Numbered from the stretch's first letter, positions 29,445 to 45,654 are shown. The stretch is DNA of 64,000 bases from Escherichia coli (GCF_003334785.1 NZ_QOWV01000015.1); one strand, 5' to 3'. Program-made: numbers and translations. Notes: generated from the letters alone by a model not told the origin.

Positions 29445-29954
29445 TTATCCTCTTGTCAAAGGGCTTGGATAAAAATCTTCAGAGTTACGGTATAGCTGCA
29501 ACTGGCGAGTTCGCGTATTGGTCTGTATGATCATACATGAGAGCCATTCTGATTCAGAATAAGGGTCACTTAAATCCTGAACGTCCTCATTTGAAAGGAT
29601 TAATTCACATTCTTTGTCCCTAAAATCCAGCCAGGCTCGCTGTGATTTTTTAAGCAAGTTAAGTTGTTCGGTATCAGGTTTTTTTACACCTGTGCGTGGC
29701 ACTTGTTCTATATAACGATAAGCTTCACCATAGGCTTTATTTAATTGCGCATCGACGAGATTGTATTCTTGTCGCAGGCATGATTTGATCACGTTAACGT
29801 CAGTATCATCATCTGAATTTTTTTGCCAACAATCTTTGATGGCTGAAATGTCATGGTCGTTTACTATAACCGTATCTTCTGCGTAAGCCTGGCAAGAGAT
29901 AATGCCTAATGTTAATACAAGAAATTTAAACACTGCGGTATTCCTTAAATTCAA
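29445..29954 (-). CDS. yecT: DUF1311-family (LprI-like) secreted protein YecT
   Basis: 169-aa ORF with N-terminal signal peptide, recognised as YecT; exact start not verified. Confidence 0.8.
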   Translation of the reverse strand: MNLRNTAVFKFLVLTLGIISCQAYAEDTVIVNDHDISAIKDCWQKNSDDDTDVNVIKSCLRQEYNLVDAQLNKAYGEAYRYIEQVPRTGVKKPDTEQLNLLKKSQRAWLDFRDKECELILSNEDVQDLSDPYSESEWLSCMIIQTNTRTRQLQLYRNSEDFYPSPLTRG

Positions 29955-30109
29955 CCGTTATCGTTTCCCTGGGGCCGGATATTACGCTTCTGGCCTCTTA
30001 TCCAACAGTGAGAAAACAATGGCATGTCCATTTTCAGAATACATTTAGATGGCAATAAAAAAGCCTGATCAGGTAACCCTGATCAGGCTTTACTCTCACG
30101 AAAAATCGA

Positions 30110-31843
30110 TTACATACGCTCTACTGTCTCAATACCCAGCGTATCCAGACCCAGCTTTAGCGTCTTCGCTGTCAGTTGTGCCAGTTTCAGACGGCTGTTA
30201 CGCACTTCTTCGTTTTCTGCGCTGAGGATCGGGCAGTGCTCGTAGAAGCCAGAGAACAGACCAGCCAGATCGTACAGGTAAGCACACATCACATGCGGCG
30301 TGCCTTCACGGGCAACCACGGTGAGGGTTTCTTCAAACTGCAGCAGGCGAGCTGCCAGTTGCGCTTCACGATCTTCACGGATGATTACCGGAGCTGCAGC
30401 CAGTTGCTCTTCGTTAATTTCTGCCTTACGGAACACGGACAATACACGCGTGTAAGCATACTGCATGTATGGCGCGGTATTACCCTCAAACGCCAGCATG
30501 TTGTCCCAGTCGAAGATGTAGTCCGTGGTGCGGTTTTTGGAGAGATCCGCATATTTCACCGCACCAATACCAACCGCGTTAGCCAGTTTTTCCAGCTCGT
30601 CGGCTGGCATATCCGGGTTCTTTTCTGCCACCAGACGGCGTGCACGTTCCAGGGCTTCATCCAGCAGATCGGCCAGTTTCACTGTACCACCCGCGCGGGT
30701 TTTGAACGGTTTGCCGTCTTTACCCAGCATCATGCCGAACATGTGGTGTTCCAGCGGTACGGATTCCGGTACATAGCCTGCTTTACGGACGATCGCCCAT
30801 GCCTGCATCAGGTGTTGATGCTGACGGGAGTCGATGTAATACAGCACGCGATCGGCATGCAGTGTTTCATAACGATATTTCGCACAGGCGATATCAGTGG
30901 TGGTGTAGAGATAGCCGCCATCTTTCTTCTGAATGATCACGCCCATCGGTTCGCCTTCCTTGTTTTTAAACTCATCAAGGAATACAACGGTCGCCCCTTC
31001 GCTTTCTACTGCCAGACCTTTGGCTTTGAGATCCGCCACAATTCCTGGCAGCATTGGGTTGTAGAGGCTTTCGCCCATCACGTCATCACGGGTCAGCGTC
31101 ACGTTGAGACGATCGTAAGTGATCTGGTTCTGCGTCATGGTGATGTCGACCAGTTTGCGCCACATCTCGCGGAAATATTCGTCACCGCTTTGCAGTTTTA
31201 CCACGTAGTTACGTGCACGCTCGGCAAACTCTTCATCTTCGTCGTAATGCTTTTTCGCATCGCGGTAGAAACCTTCAAGGTCAGCCAGCTCCATTTCACC
31301 GGCGTTTTCCTGCTGCTGCTTTTCCAGCCATGCAATCAGCATACCGAACTGAGTGCCCCAGTCGCCGACGTGGTTTGCGCGAATCACTTTGTGACCGAGG
31401 AACTCCAGAGTACGCACTGCTGCGTCACCAATAATGGTAGAGCGCAGGTGACCGACGTGCATCTCTTTCGCCACGTTTGGCGCAGAGTAGTCAACCACAA
31501 TGGTCTGTTTTTCTGGCGTAGCAACACCGAGACGATCGGACGCCAGCGCCTGCTGAACATGTTCAGCCAGGAATGCCGGATCAAGGAAAATGTTGATAAA
31601 GCCTGGACCGGCGATCTCAACTTTGCTGGCGATACCGTTAAGATCCAGATGAGTCAGCACCTGCTCTGCTAATTGTCGCGGTGCCATACCCAGTTTTTTA
31701 GCAACTGCCATCATGCCGTTAGCCTGATAGTCGCCGAACTGAACTTTTGCTGACTGACGAACCTGCGGTTCGCAATCCGCAGGCGCGCCTGCCGCAATCA
31801 TGGCCTGACGGACTTTTTCTGAGAGAAGAGCCTGAATATTCAC
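30110..31843 (-). CDS. argS: Arginine--tRNA ligase ArgS
   Basis: 577-aa ORF with class I HVGH motif (EMHVGHLRS) and KMSK-like region; hairpin plus T-run terminator at ~30050-30092. Confidence 0.97.
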
Positions 31844-32058
31844 CGGAATACCTTACATTGATGAAGCGAGCAAAAATTGCCCGCACCAGTTAAAGAAATT
31901 AGGGCGGGAGTATACTGCAAATGGCTGTTTTCGTCAGCAACGTGCGCGTGGCGTATTGCCGTTTTCACTATTGCATCAGAAGCGGCGTGAAATCAGCGGT
32001 TGGTTGGCACAGGGCAACAGGGTAAATTAACGCTTTTACTGAAAGACGAAGAGTGATT

Positions 32059-32625
32059 ATGGCGAACTGGCAATCTATCGACGAGCTGCAGGATATTGCA
32101 TCGGATTTACCGCGATTTACCCACGCATTAGATGAACTTTCCCGCCGTCTGGGGTTGAATATCACTCCGCTGACTGCCGATCACATTTCTTTGCGTTGCC
32201 ATCAAAACGCCACTGCTGAACGCTGGCGTCGCGGGTTTGAACAGTGTGGCGAGCTTTTGTCAGAAAATATGATCAATGGCAGACCGATTTGTCTGTTTAA
32301 ATTGCATGAACCGGTACAGGTTGCGCACTGGCAGTTTTCTATTGTGGAGCTACCGTGGCCCGGGGAAAAACGTTACCCACACGAAGGTTGGGAACATATT
32401 GAAATCGTTCTGCCGGGTGATCCAGAAACGCTGAATGCCCGTGCGCTGGCATTGCTTTCTGATGAAGGACTCAGCCTACCGGGGATCTCAGTGAAAACCA
32501 GTTCGCCAAAAGGTGAGCATGAGCGATTACCGAATCCGACGCTGGCGGTCACCGATGGCAAAACAACTATTAAGTTTCATCCGTGGTCCATTGAAGAGAT
32601 CGTTGCCAGCGAGCAGTCGGCGTAA
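32059..32625 (+). CDS. yecM: Uncharacterised protein YecM (VOC-like fold)
   Basis: MANWQSIDELQDIASDLPRF... 188 aa. Confidence 0.9.
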   Translation: MANWQSIDELQDIASDLPRFTHALDELSRRLGLNITPLTADHISLRCHQNATAERWRRGFEQCGELLSENMINGRPICLFKLHEPVQVAHWQFSIVELPWPGEKRYPHEGWEHIEIVLPGDPETLNARALALLSDEGLSLPGISVKTSSPKGEHERLPNPTLAVTDGKTTIKFHPWSIEEIVASEQSA

Positions 32626-32629
32626 TTAA

Positions 32630-33385
<756 letters not shown>

Positions 33386-33772
33386 TTTTTACCGTTGCAT
33401 CATGTCGCCCAATATGATGCTTGCTCGTACCAGGCCCCTGCAATTTCAACAGGGGCCTTTTTTTATCCCTGAGCAGTATAAAAAACGAACGATAACCGTG
33501 ATCTGTTGAGCGGGTGACAGTGCGCATAGCGTTGTGCTAAAAATATTTTTTATATTCACATTGATTATGGGATTTAAATTGCTAAAACTGATAAATATAT
33601 ATTCTAAATAGCAACTGGGTTATTCCTTAGCAATTAATGATTACATTGTAATAAATCATATTCTTTATCGATTATTTCAGGCAGTGTTGTGCCGAGTTAT
33701 GCAAGCGGTTAATTCGTTGTGTATTTAATTATACAATGATTTCGGTGTTCTGGAATTTATTTAGAGGAATCT

Positions 33773-34873
33773 ATGCGAGGGAAAAAACGCATTGGGTTAT
33801 TGTTTTTGCTGATAGCGGTTGTGGTTGGTGGCGGCGGGTTATTGCTGGCGCAAAAAGCCTTACATAAAACGTCGGATACAGCATTTTGCCTTTCCTGCCA
33901 CTCGATGAGTAAACCTTTTGAGGAATATCAGGGAACTGTCCACTTTTCGAACCAGAAAGGGATACGTGCGGAATGTGCCGATTGCCATATTCCAAAGTCA
34001 GGGATGGATTATTTATTTGCTAAATTAAAAGCATCTAAAGATATTTATCATGAATTTGTTAGCGGCAAAATAGACAGTGACGATAAGTTCGAAACTCATC
34101 GCCAGGAAATGGCCGAAACAGTATGGAAAGAATTAAAAGCAACTGACTCTGCAACGTGCCGTAGTTGCCATTCTTTTGATGCCATGGATATTGCCTCGCA
34201 AAGTGAATCTGCGCAGAAAATGCATAACAAAGCACAAAAGGGCGGCGAAACCTGTATCGATTGTCATAAAGGCATTGCCCATTTTCCGCCAGAAATAAAA
34301 ATGGATGACAACGCGGCGCATGAGCTGGAAAGTCAGACCGCTACTTCAGTGACTAATGGCGCACATATTTATCCTTTCAAAACTTCTCGCATAGGCGAGC
34401 TGGCTACCGTGAATCCTGGTACCGATCTCACCGTCGTTGATGCCAGTGGCAAACAGCCGATCGTTCTGTTGCAGGGTTATCAAATGCAGGGCAGTGAAAA
34501 CACGCTCTACCTGGCGGCAGGTCAACGGCTGGCGCTAGCCACATTAAGTGAAGAAGGTATCAAGGCGCTCACGGTAAACGGGGAATGGCAGGCTGACGAA
34601 TACGGCAATCAATGGCGTCAGGCGTCTTTACAGGGTGCGCTTACCGATCCCGCATTAGCGGACCGTAAACCGCTATGGCAATACGCTGAAAAACTTGACG
34701 ATACCTATTGCGCTGGTTGTCATGCCCCTATTGCCGCCGACCATTACACCGTCAATGCGTGGCCGTCCATTGCCAAAGGAATGGGGGCACGAACCAGCAT
34801 GAGCGAAAACGAACTGGACATTTTAACGCGGTATTTCCAGTACAACGCCAAAGATATTACCGAGAAACAGTGA
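33773..34873 (+). CDS. torY: Pentahaem c-type cytochrome TorY (NapC/NirT family)
   Basis: 366-aa ORF with multiple CxxCH haem motifs (CLSCH, CADCH, CRSCH, CIDCH, CAGCH). Confidence 0.95.
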   Translation: MRGKKRIGLLFLLIAVVVGGGGLLLAQKALHKTSDTAFCLSCHSMSKPFEEYQGTVHFSNQKGIRAECADCHIPKSGMDYLFAKLKASKDIYHEFVSGKIDSDDKFETHRQEMAETVWKELKATDSATCRSCHSFDAMDIASQSESAQKMHNKAQKGGETCIDCHKGIAHFPPEIKMDDNAAHELESQTATSVTNGAHIYPFKTSRIGELATVNPGTDLTVVDASGKQPIVLLQGYQMQGSENTLYLAAGQRLALATLSEEGIKALTVNGEWQADEYGNQWRQASLQGALTDPALADRKPLWQYAEKLDDTYCAGCHAPIAADHYTVNAWPSIAKGMGARTSMSENELDILTRYFQYNAKDITEKQ

Positions 34874-34897
34874 TCCTCGTTGATCAGGGAGGAAGTT

Positions 34898-37327
34898 ATG
34901 ACATTAACAAGACGTGAATTTATTAAACACAGCGGTATTGCCGCTGGAGCGCTGGTGGTGACATCGGCAGCACCGCTACCCGCATGGGCAGAAGAGAAGG
35001 GCGGTAAAATCCTCACCGCGGGACGCTGGGGAGCGATGAACGTAGAAGTGAAGGACGGCAAGATTGTTTCTTCGACAGGCGCGCTGGCGAAAACCATACC
35101 GAACTCCTTACAGTCTACGGCGGCGGATCAGGTACACACCACGGCGCGTATTCAGCATCCGATGGTGAGAAAAAGCTATCTCGATAATCCACTGCAACCG
35201 GCGAAAGGTCGAGGCGAAGATACCTATGTACAGGTGAGCTGGGAACAAGCATTAAAACTGATTCATGAGCAACACGATCGTATTCGTAAAGCTAACGGAC
35301 CATCGGCCATTTTTGCCGGATCTTACGGCTGGCGCTCTTCTGGCGTGTTGCATAAAGCGCAAACCTTACTGCAACGTTATATGAACCTCGCGGGCGGTTA
35401 TTCCGGGCATAGCGGCGATTATTCAACCGGGGCAGCACAGGTGATCATGCCGCATGTGGTCGGTTCTGTAGAGGTGTATGAACAGCAGACCTCCTAGCCG
35501 CTGATTCTGGAAAACAGCCAGGTTGTGGTGCTGTGGGGGATGAACCCGCTGAATACCTTAAAAATTGCCTGGAGCAGTACCGATGAGCAAGGGCTGGAAT
35601 ACTTCCATCAGCTGAAAAAATCTGGCAAACCAGTGATTGCCATTGATCCTATCCGCTCCGAAACCATTGAGTTCTTTGGCGATAATGCCACCTGGATCGC
35701 GCCGAATATGGGCACCGACGTGGCACTGATGTTAGGGATTGCGCATACCCTGATGACACAAGGCAAACACGATAAAGTGTTCCTTGAAAAATACACCACC
35801 GGGTATCCGCAGTTTGAAGAATATCTGACAGGTAAGAGCGATAATACTCCGAAGAGCGCGGCCTGGGCGGCGGAAATTACTGGCGTACCGGAAGCGCAGA
35901 TAGTCAAACTCGCTGAACTGATGGCGGCGAATCGCACAATGCTGATGGCAGGCTGGGGAATTCAGCGCCAGCAATATGGTGAACAGAAACACTGGATGCT
36001 GGTGACGCTGGCGGCGATGTTAGGGCAGATTGGTACACCGGGCGGCGGTTTTGGTTTCTCTTATCATTACTCCAATGGTGGCAACCCGACACGTGTTGGC
36101 GGCGTGCTGCCGGAAATGTCTGCGGCGATTGCCGGACAGGCCAGCGAGGCCGCTGATGATGGCGGAATGACGGCGATTCCTGTTGCCCGTATCGTCGATG
36201 CGCTGGAAAATCCTGGCGGCAAATATCAGCATAACGGTAAAGAGCAAACGTATCCGAATATCAAAATGATCTGGTGGGCGGGTGGCGGTAACTTTACCCA
36301 TCACCAGGATACTAATCGTCTGATTAAAGCATGGCAGAAACCGGAGATGATCGTCGTTTCTGAATGCTACTGGACCGCAGCTGCTAAACATGCAGATATC
36401 GTATTACCGATCACCACATCGTTTGAGCGCAATGACTTAACGATGACCGGTGATTACAGCAACCAGCATATTGTGCCGATGAAGCAGGTTGTTGCTCCGC
36501 AATTTGAAGCGCGAAACGATTTTGATGTGTTTGCCGATCTTGCGGAATTACTCAAACCTGGCGGAAAAGAGATCTATACCGAAGGTAAAGATGAAATGGC
36601 GTGGCTGAAATTTTTCTATGATGCCGCTCAGAAAGGTGCCCGTGCGCAACGCGTGACTATGCCGATGTTTAATGCCTTCTGGCAGCAAAATAAACTGATC
36701 GAAATGCGCCGCAGCGAGAAGAACGAACAGTACGTTCGTTATGGTGATTTCCGCGCCGATCCGGTGAAAAATGCGCTGGGTACGCCAAGCGGCAAAATTG
36801 AGATTTACTCCAAAACGCTGGAAAAATTTGGCTATAAGGATTGCCCGGCACACCCAACCTGGCTTGCGCCTGATGAGTGGAAGGGTACCGCCGACGAGAA
36901 GCAGTTGCAGCTTCTGACCGCACATCCGGCACACCGTTTACATAGTCAGCTTAACTATGCGGAACTGCGTAAAAAATATGCGGTTGCAGATCGTGAACCA
37001 ATCACTATTCACACCGAAGATGCTGCTCGCTTTGGTATTGCGAATGGTGATCTGGTGCGTGTGTGGAACAAACGTGGTCAGATTCTGACAGGCGCGGTGG
37101 TGACTGACGGGATCAAAAAAGGCGTGGTATGCGTGCATGAAGGTGCATGGCCAGATCTGGAAAATGGCTTGTGTAAAAACGGCAGTGCGAACGTGTTAAC
37201 GGCGGATATCCCCAGCTCGCAGCTGGCAAATGCCTGTGCCAGTAACTCTGCGCTGGTGTATATCGAAAAATATACGGGCAATGCGCCGAAGTTAACGGCG
37301 TTTGATCAGCCAGCTATTCAGGCATAA
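34898..37327 (+). pseudogene. torZ: torZ (bisZ) TMAO/biotin-sulfoxide reductase, interrupted by an in-frame TAG at 35495-35497
   Basis: Two same-frame ORFs (34880-35497, 35525-37327) together encode a full-length molybdoenzyme with Tat signal ([21 protein letters not shown]); they are separated only by TAG where TGG (Trp) is expected. Confidence 0.8.
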
Positions 37328-37375
37328 GAAGTGAATAGCGCCCGGAAACGGGCGCTGAGGTTATGCAAACGTAAA

Positions 37376-37482
37376 GCTGCCTGATGCGCTATGCTTATCA
37401 GGCCTACATAGTCCCTGCAATATATTGAATTAGCAAGGTTTTGTAGGCCGGATAAGGCGTTCACGCCGCATCCGGCAGTAAT
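37376..37482. repeat. REP/BIME elements downstream of torZ
   Basis: gcctgatgcgctatgcttatcaggcctaca and gtaggccggataaggcgttcacgccgcatccggca are canonical REP palindromes. Confidence 0.7.
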
Positions 37483-37491
37483 ACCAGACCT

Positions 37492-39639
<2,148 letters not shown>

Positions 39640-39691
39640 ACAAACTCCCTTTAAAATGGCCGATTGCACCTGTCTATGATAGGTGGCAAAT

Positions 39692-40510
39692 TCAGAAAAG
39701 AGAAGATTGCTGTGGAATAGCCGGAACTGCTCCGATCTCTGGAAGCGTTTTACGTAAGTCTTCCCACAGGGTATGTACCAGTTCCGGGGCCTGGGCAATA
39801 TCTGGCGTATGTAAAAAAAGATAAGGCGTAGTGGTCTGATGCCACTGCGCTAATTTCTGTAACCAGACCTGAAATAATTCCCGGTTTTGCGTCATATCAT
39901 CACTACCGATAAAACGGATCAGCGGATTTGTCGCCGTCAGTACAGCATGTACCGGAACTTTAGGTTTTTTTCGTTGAGCGTCGCGAATAGCTTCACTGTG
40001 TGGACATGCTGCATGAACCGGGCGGCTGTCTAAAATCACCCGATTAACGCCGCGCTGATGTAAACCGCGATTAAGCGTTTGTTCCTCTTCCCCTTTGGCG
40101 AAAAACTGTGGATGGCGGACTTCCACACCATAATTAAATTCGCCAGGGAGAGAATCGAGAAAATTCCAAAGCGCAGGCAGCTCCCGTGGGCCGAATGTGG
40201 CAGGCAGTTGCAGCCAGTATTGCCCAATGCGCGGAGCCAACGGTGACATGCGGGTCAAAAATTCAGTCACTAAATCATCGCAATGCCGTAATGCTGCCTG
40301 ATGCGAAATGGTCGCCGGAAACTTAAAACAGAAGCGGAAGTCATCTGTGGTCTGCTCACGCCAGCGCAGGACAACCTCGGGTTTCGGCAGGGCGTAAAGC
40401 GTGGTGTTGCCCTCCACGCAGTTAAAGTGGCGGGCATACTCTTCAAGGCTGGTGATCCCCAACCGCACCCATTTAGGATGCGACCATTGCGGTAGACCGA
40501 TGTAAATCAT
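39692..40510 (-). CDS. yecE: DUF72-family protein YecE
   Basis: 272-aa ORF recognised as YecE. Confidence 0.9.
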   Translation of the reverse strand: MIYIGLPQWSHPKWVRLGITSLEEYARHFNCVEGNTTLYALPKPEVVLRWREQTTDDFRFCFKFPATISHQAALRHCDDLVTEFLTRMSPLAPRIGQYWLQLPATFGPRELPALWNFLDSLPGEFNYGVEVRHPQFFAKGEEEQTLNRGLHQRGVNRVILDSRPVHAACPHSEAIRDAQRKKPKVPVHAVLTATNPLIRFIGSDDMTQNRELFQVWLQKLAQWHQTTTPYLFLHTPDIAQAPELVHTLWEDLRKTLPEIGAVPAIPQQSSLF

Positions 40511-41073
40511 AACGCGTGAAGGATCTCTTCCACACTGCGCACACGGGCGATGCGTGGGTAGATATGGTTGATGCTGTTATTGTGCTGCTCGGCGCTGGCG
40601 GCACTACAGGCGTCTTCGGCAATCACCAGATTAAAGCCAAGTTCCCAGGCATTGCGGGCGGTGGATTCAACACCGATATTGGTCGAGATCCCACATAACA
40701 CTATTGTATCGATACCTCGGCGGCGTAATTGCAACTCCAGATCCGTACCGTAAAACGCACCCCACTGACGTTTGATGATTTCGATATCACTGTCAGTTGC
40801 ACCTAATGCAGCTGGATGTTGCCACCAGTTTTCGGGCAACACTTTAGCGGGGGAGGGGGCATCAACCGGCTGTTTTAATGCTTCGGCGTAATCGGCAGAC
40901 CAGCCAACGCGCACCAGAAACACGGGCTGACCGCTGGCGCGAAATTTCGCCGCCAGCTTCCCGGCGCGATTAACTACCTCATCGGCAGTATGTGGACCAC
41001 CGGCAAAAGGTAAGATGCCTTCTTGTAAATCGATCACCACCAACGCAGTGGTTTTAGCATTAAGTTCAAGCAT
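40507..41073 (-). CDS. yecD: Isochorismatase-family hydrolase YecD
   Basis: [17 protein letters not shown]... 188 aa from the internal ATG of a 199-aa ORF. Confidence 0.9.
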   Translation of the reverse strand: MLELNAKTTALVVIDLQEGILPFAGGPHTADEVVNRAGKLAAKFRASGQPVFLVRVGWSADYAEALKQPVDAPSPAKVLPENWWQHPAALGATDSDIEIIKRQWGAFYGTDLELQLRRRGIDTIVLCGISTNIGVESTARNAWELGFNLVIAEDACSAASAEQHNNSINHIYPRIARVRSVEEILHAL

Positions 41074-41382
41074 GCTGACTCCTGAAAAAACAAAATCGTG
41101 CCTCACACCTTAATGCGATTAGCCGATGGCGGAACGACAAATTTTGTTAATTTTTATGAGTTCGGGCAACACCTTTATAGCAAACTGGCGTAGAGTCTGA
41201 TTTCAGGCCCGATATAAAGTGGTAACGAGGCGTTCCAGCGCGGGCCAGGCTCTTACGGTGCGGCAGAATTTCCAGTATAATAGCCGCCTTTTTTCATTCA
41301 GTTGTGACATACAGCTAACGCTGCGACTTGGTCACCTGCGCAGCAGGGGGCATCCGCCGGCAGCTAAGTTAAGGGATATCTC

Positions 41383-43155
41383 ATGCGTACAGAATATTGT
41401 GGACAGCTCCGTTTGTCCCACGTGGGGCAGCAGGTGACTCTGTGTGGTTGGGTCAACCGTCGTCGTGATCTTGGTAGCCTGATCTTCATCGATATGCGCG
41501 ACCGCGAAGGTATCGTGCAGGTATTTTTCGATCCGGATCGTGCGGACGCGTTAAAGCTGGCCTCTGAACTGCGTAATGAGTTCTGCATTCAGGTCACGGG
41601 CACCGTACGTGCGCGTGACGAAAAAAATATTAACCGCGATATGGCGACCGGCGAAATCGAAGTGCTGGCGTCCTCGCTGACTATCATCAACCGCGCAGAT
41701 GTTCTGCCGCTTGACTCTAACCACGTCAACACCGAAGAAGCGCGTCTGAAATACCGCTACCTCGACCTGCGTCGCCCGGAAATGGCTCAGCGCCTGAAAA
41801 CCCGCGCTAAAATCACCAGCCTGGTGCGCCGTTTTATGGATGACCACGGCTTCCTCGACATCGAAACTCCGATGCTGACCAAAGCCACGCCGGAAGGCGC
41901 GCGTGACTACCTGGTGCCTTCTCGTGTGCACAAAGGTAAATTCTACGCGCTGCCACAATCCCCGCAGTTGTTCAAACAGCTGCTGATGATGTCCGGCTTT
42001 GACCGCTACTATCAGATCGTTAAATGCTTCCGTGACGAAGACCTGCGCGCTGATCGTCAGCCTGAATTTACTCAGATCGATGTGGAAACTTCTTTCATGA
42101 CCGCGCCGCAAGTGCGTGAAGTGATGGAAGCGCTGGTGCGTCATTTGTGGCTGGAAGTGAAGGGCGTGGATCTGGGCGATTTCCCGGTAATGACCTTTGC
42201 GGAAGCAGAACGCCGTTATGGTTCTGATAAACCGGATCTGCGTAACCCGATGGAACTGACCGACGTTGCCGATCTGCTGAAATCTGTTGAGTTTGCAGTA
42301 TTTGCGGGGCCGGCGAACGATCCGAAAGGCCGTGTTGCCGCTCTACGTGTTCCGGGTGGCGCATCGCTGACCCGTAAGCAGATCGACGAATACGGTAACT
42401 TCGTTAAAATCTACGGCGCGAAAGGTCTGGCTTACATCAAAGTTAACGAACGCGCGAAAGGTCTGGAAGGTATCAACAGCCCGGTAGCGAAGTTCCTTAA
42501 TGCAGAAATCATCGAAGCCATCCTGGATCGTACTGCCGCGCAAGATGGCGATATGATTTTCTTCGGTGCCGACAACAAGAAAATTGTTGCCGACGCGATG
42601 GGCGCACTGCGCCTGAAAGTGGGTAAAGACCTTGGTCTGACCGACGAAAGCAAATGGGCACCGCTGTGGGTTATCGACTTCCCGATGTTTGAAGACGACG
42701 GTGAAGGCGGCCTGACGGCAATGCACCATCCGTTCACCTCACCGAAAGACATGACTGCTGCAGAACTGAAAGCTGCACCGGAAAATGCGGTGGCGAACGC
42801 TTACGATATGGTCATCAATGGTTACGAAGTGGGCGGTGGTTCAGTACGTATCCATAATGGTGATATGCAGCAGACGGTGTTTGGTATTCTGGGTATCAAC
42901 GAAGAGGAACAGCGCGAGAAATTCGGCTTCCTGCTCGACGCCCTGAAATACGGTACTCCGCCGCACGCAGGTCTGGCATTCGGTCTTGACCGTCTGACCA
43001 TGCTGCTGACTGGCACCGACAATATCCGTGACGTTATCGCCTTCCCGAAAACCACGGCGGCAGCGTGTCTGATGACTGAAGCACCGAGCTTTGCTAACCC
43101 GACTGCACTGGCTGAGCTGAGCATTCAGGTTGTGAAGAAGGCTGAGAATAACTGA
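41383..43155 (+). CDS. aspS: Aspartate--tRNA ligase AspS
   Basis: 590-aa ORF recognised as AspS (class II aaRS motifs). Confidence 0.97.
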
Positions 43156-43272
43156 TATGACTCAAATACACGAAATCATTCGCGTTGCATCAAGGCGGCA
43201 ACTGAGTGAACTCCCATGAGCATAGATAACTATGTGAATGGGATGAGCGAAGGCAGTCAACGAAGAGGCAGC

Positions 43273-43725
43273 GTGAAGGATAAAGTGTATAAGCGTCCCG
43301 TTTCGATCTTAGTGGTCATCTACGCACAAGATACGAAACGGGTGCTGATGTTGCAGCGGCGTGATGACCCCGATTTCTGGCAGTCGGTAACCGGCAGCGT
43401 GGAAGAGGGTGAAACCGCGCCGCAAGCTGCCATGCGCGAAGTAAAGGAAGAGGTCACCATTGATGTTGTCGCTGAACAACTGACCTTAATTGACTGTCAG
43501 CGCACGGTAGAGTTTGAAATTTTTTCACATTTACGTCATCGCTATGCGCCGGGCGTGACGCGTAATACGGAATCATGGTTCTGTCTTGCGCTCCCGCACG
43601 AACGCCAGGTAGTCTTCACTGAACATCTGGCTTACAAGTGGCTTGATGCGCCTGCTGCCGCGGCGCTCACTAAGTCCTGGAGCAACCGGCAGGCGATTGA
43701 ACAGTTTGTAATTAACGCTGCCTGA
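43273..43725 (+). CDS. nudB: Dihydroneopterin triphosphate diphosphatase NudB
   Basis: GTG start giving [15 protein letters not shown]...; Nudix box [20 protein letters not shown]; 150 aa. Confidence 0.93.
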
Positions 43726-43753
43726 ACAGGCAGGGCTATCTGGAGATATTTTT

Positions 43754-44494
43754 ATGGCAGGTCATAGTAAATGGGCCAACACCAGACATCGTAAAGCTGC
43801 GCAGGATGCTAAGCGCGGTAAAATCTTCACTAAAATCATTCGTGAGCTGGTAACCGCGGCTAAGCTGGGCGGTGGCGATCCGGACGCTAACCCGCGTCTG
43901 CGTGCAGCAATTGATAAAGCACTGTCTAACAACATGACCCGCGACACACTGAACCGCGCAATTGCACGTGGTGTGGGCGGTGATGATGATGCAAACATGG
44001 AAACCATCATCTACGAAGGTTACGGTCCTGGCGGCACGGCAATCATGATTGAATGTCTGTCTGACAACCGCAACCGTACCGTTGCTGAAGTGCGTCATGC
44101 ATTCAGCAAATGTGGCGGTAACCTCGGTACTGATGGTTCCGTAGCTTATCTGTTCAGCAAAAAAGGCGTGATCTCCTTCGAGAAAGGCGATGAAGACACC
44201 ATCATGGAAGCAGCACTGGAAGCAGGTGCTGAAGACGTTGTGACCTATGATGACGGCGCGATTGATGTCTACACTGCATGGGAAGAAATGGGTAAAGTGC
44301 GCGACGCTCTGGAAGCGGCAGGTCTGAAAGCAGACAGCGCGGAAGTTTCCATGATCCCGTCTACCAAAGCTGATATGGATGCAGAAACCGCACCGAAACT
44401 GATGCGTCTGATCGATATGCTGGAAGATTGCGACGACGTGCAGGAAGTTTACCATAACGGTGAAATCTCTGATGAGGTCGCAGCGACTCTCTGA
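43754..44494 (+). CDS. yebC: YebC/PmpR-family transcriptional regulator
   Basis: [27 protein letters not shown]... 246 aa. Confidence 0.96.
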
Positions 44495-44528
44495 TGAGGC
44501 CTGCTAAACAGCAAAACGGAGACGCGTG

Positions 44529-45050
44529 ATGGCTATTATTCTCGGCATTGATCCGGGTTCGCGCGTGACCGGCTACGGCGTCATCCGCCAGGTAGGTAGG
44601 CAACTGTCCTACCTGGGTAGCGGATGCATACGCACCAAAGTGGATGATTTACCGTCTCGTCTGAAACTCATCTATGCGGGCGTGACGGAAATCATCACCC
44701 AGTTCCAGCCTGATTATTTCGCCATTGAACAAGTCTTTATGGCAAAGAACGCTGACTCAGCCCTGAAACTGGGCCAGGCGCGCGGCGTGGCGATTGTGGC
44801 GGCGGTGAATCAGGAGTTGCCGGTATTTGAATATGCTGCACGTCAGGTGAAGCAAACGGTGGTGGGTATTGGTAGCGCCGAAAAAAGCCAGGTGCAGCAT
44901 ATGGTCCGCACCTTGCTGAAACTGCCCGCTAATCCACAGGCGGATGCCGCTGATGCGTTGGCGATTGCCATCACCCACTGCCACGTTAGTCAGAATGCGA
45001 TGCAGATGAGCGAATCGCGGCTGAACCTGGCGAGAGGGCGACTGCGTTAA
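44529..45050 (+). CDS. ruvC: Holliday junction resolvase RuvC
   Basis: [18 protein letters not shown]... 173 aa. Confidence 0.96.
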
Positions 45051-45051
45051 G

Positions 45052-45654
45052 TTATACCGCCTCGGTCAGTTCCGGCTGAGGCGTTTCCACTCCCTCCGCA
45101 TGAATCAACACCAAACCCGGATGATGCCACAAACTGGCTGGCGTAACGGTTTTACGCTCCCACGGAATAGAACCCAGGAACCAGAATTTCCAGAAAGTGA
45201 GTTTTGCATTCGGATTGCTATTTAACAATTCTCCAAACGTCTCTATTTCACCCACCGGAATACATAGCGCTTCTTTATAAATATCAAAAACAAATTTTGA
45301 ACAGAACTGGCGCGAAGATTCGTATTTAAAACCGGTGTGGTAAAGTTTGCGTAGCCGGGAGGGAACCTGTTCAACAATTCGTTGTTTTTGTTGTTCTGTC
45401 AGCCCAGCGTCTAATCGCTTTATAGCATAGCGTTGATTAGAAGAACGTTTAATAAAACGAGATAGCGTGGTGATGGTTGAAAGGGGGACCCGGCTTTCTG
45501 CAACCAGGAAGTCTTCACCGTTATGACCGATAATGATCCCGACGTGATTACTCCAACAATTTGATGCAGCTGATATTTGACCAAATAAGGCAGCACCTAT
45601 ACATGTAAAGGCGATATCTCCAATTTCATATTCAGCAGGGTAATTAATATTCAC
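45052..45654 (-). CDS. yebB: DUF830-family protein YebB
   Basis: ORF recognised as YebB; GTG at 45654 gives 200 aa, while the open frame extends to an ATG at 45753 (233 aa). Confidence 0.8.
   Translation of the reverse strand: MNINYPAEYEIGDIAFTCIGAALFGQISAASNCWSNHVGIIIGHNGEDFLVAESRVPLSTITTLSRFIKRSSNQRYAIKRLDAGLTEQQKQRIVEQVPSRLRKLYHTGFKYESSRQFCSKFVFDIYKEALCIPVGEIETFGELLNSNPNAKLTFWKFWFLGSIPWERKTVTPASLWHHPGLVLIHAEGVETPQPELTEAV

Noticed and set aside
30176-31672. 498-aa ORF on the plus strand
   Set aside because: Lies entirely antisense to the well-supported argS gene; long antisense frames are common in GC-rich coding sequence.
43736-44455. 239-aa Cys-rich ORF on the minus strand
   Set aside because: Antisense to yebC; composition artefact.
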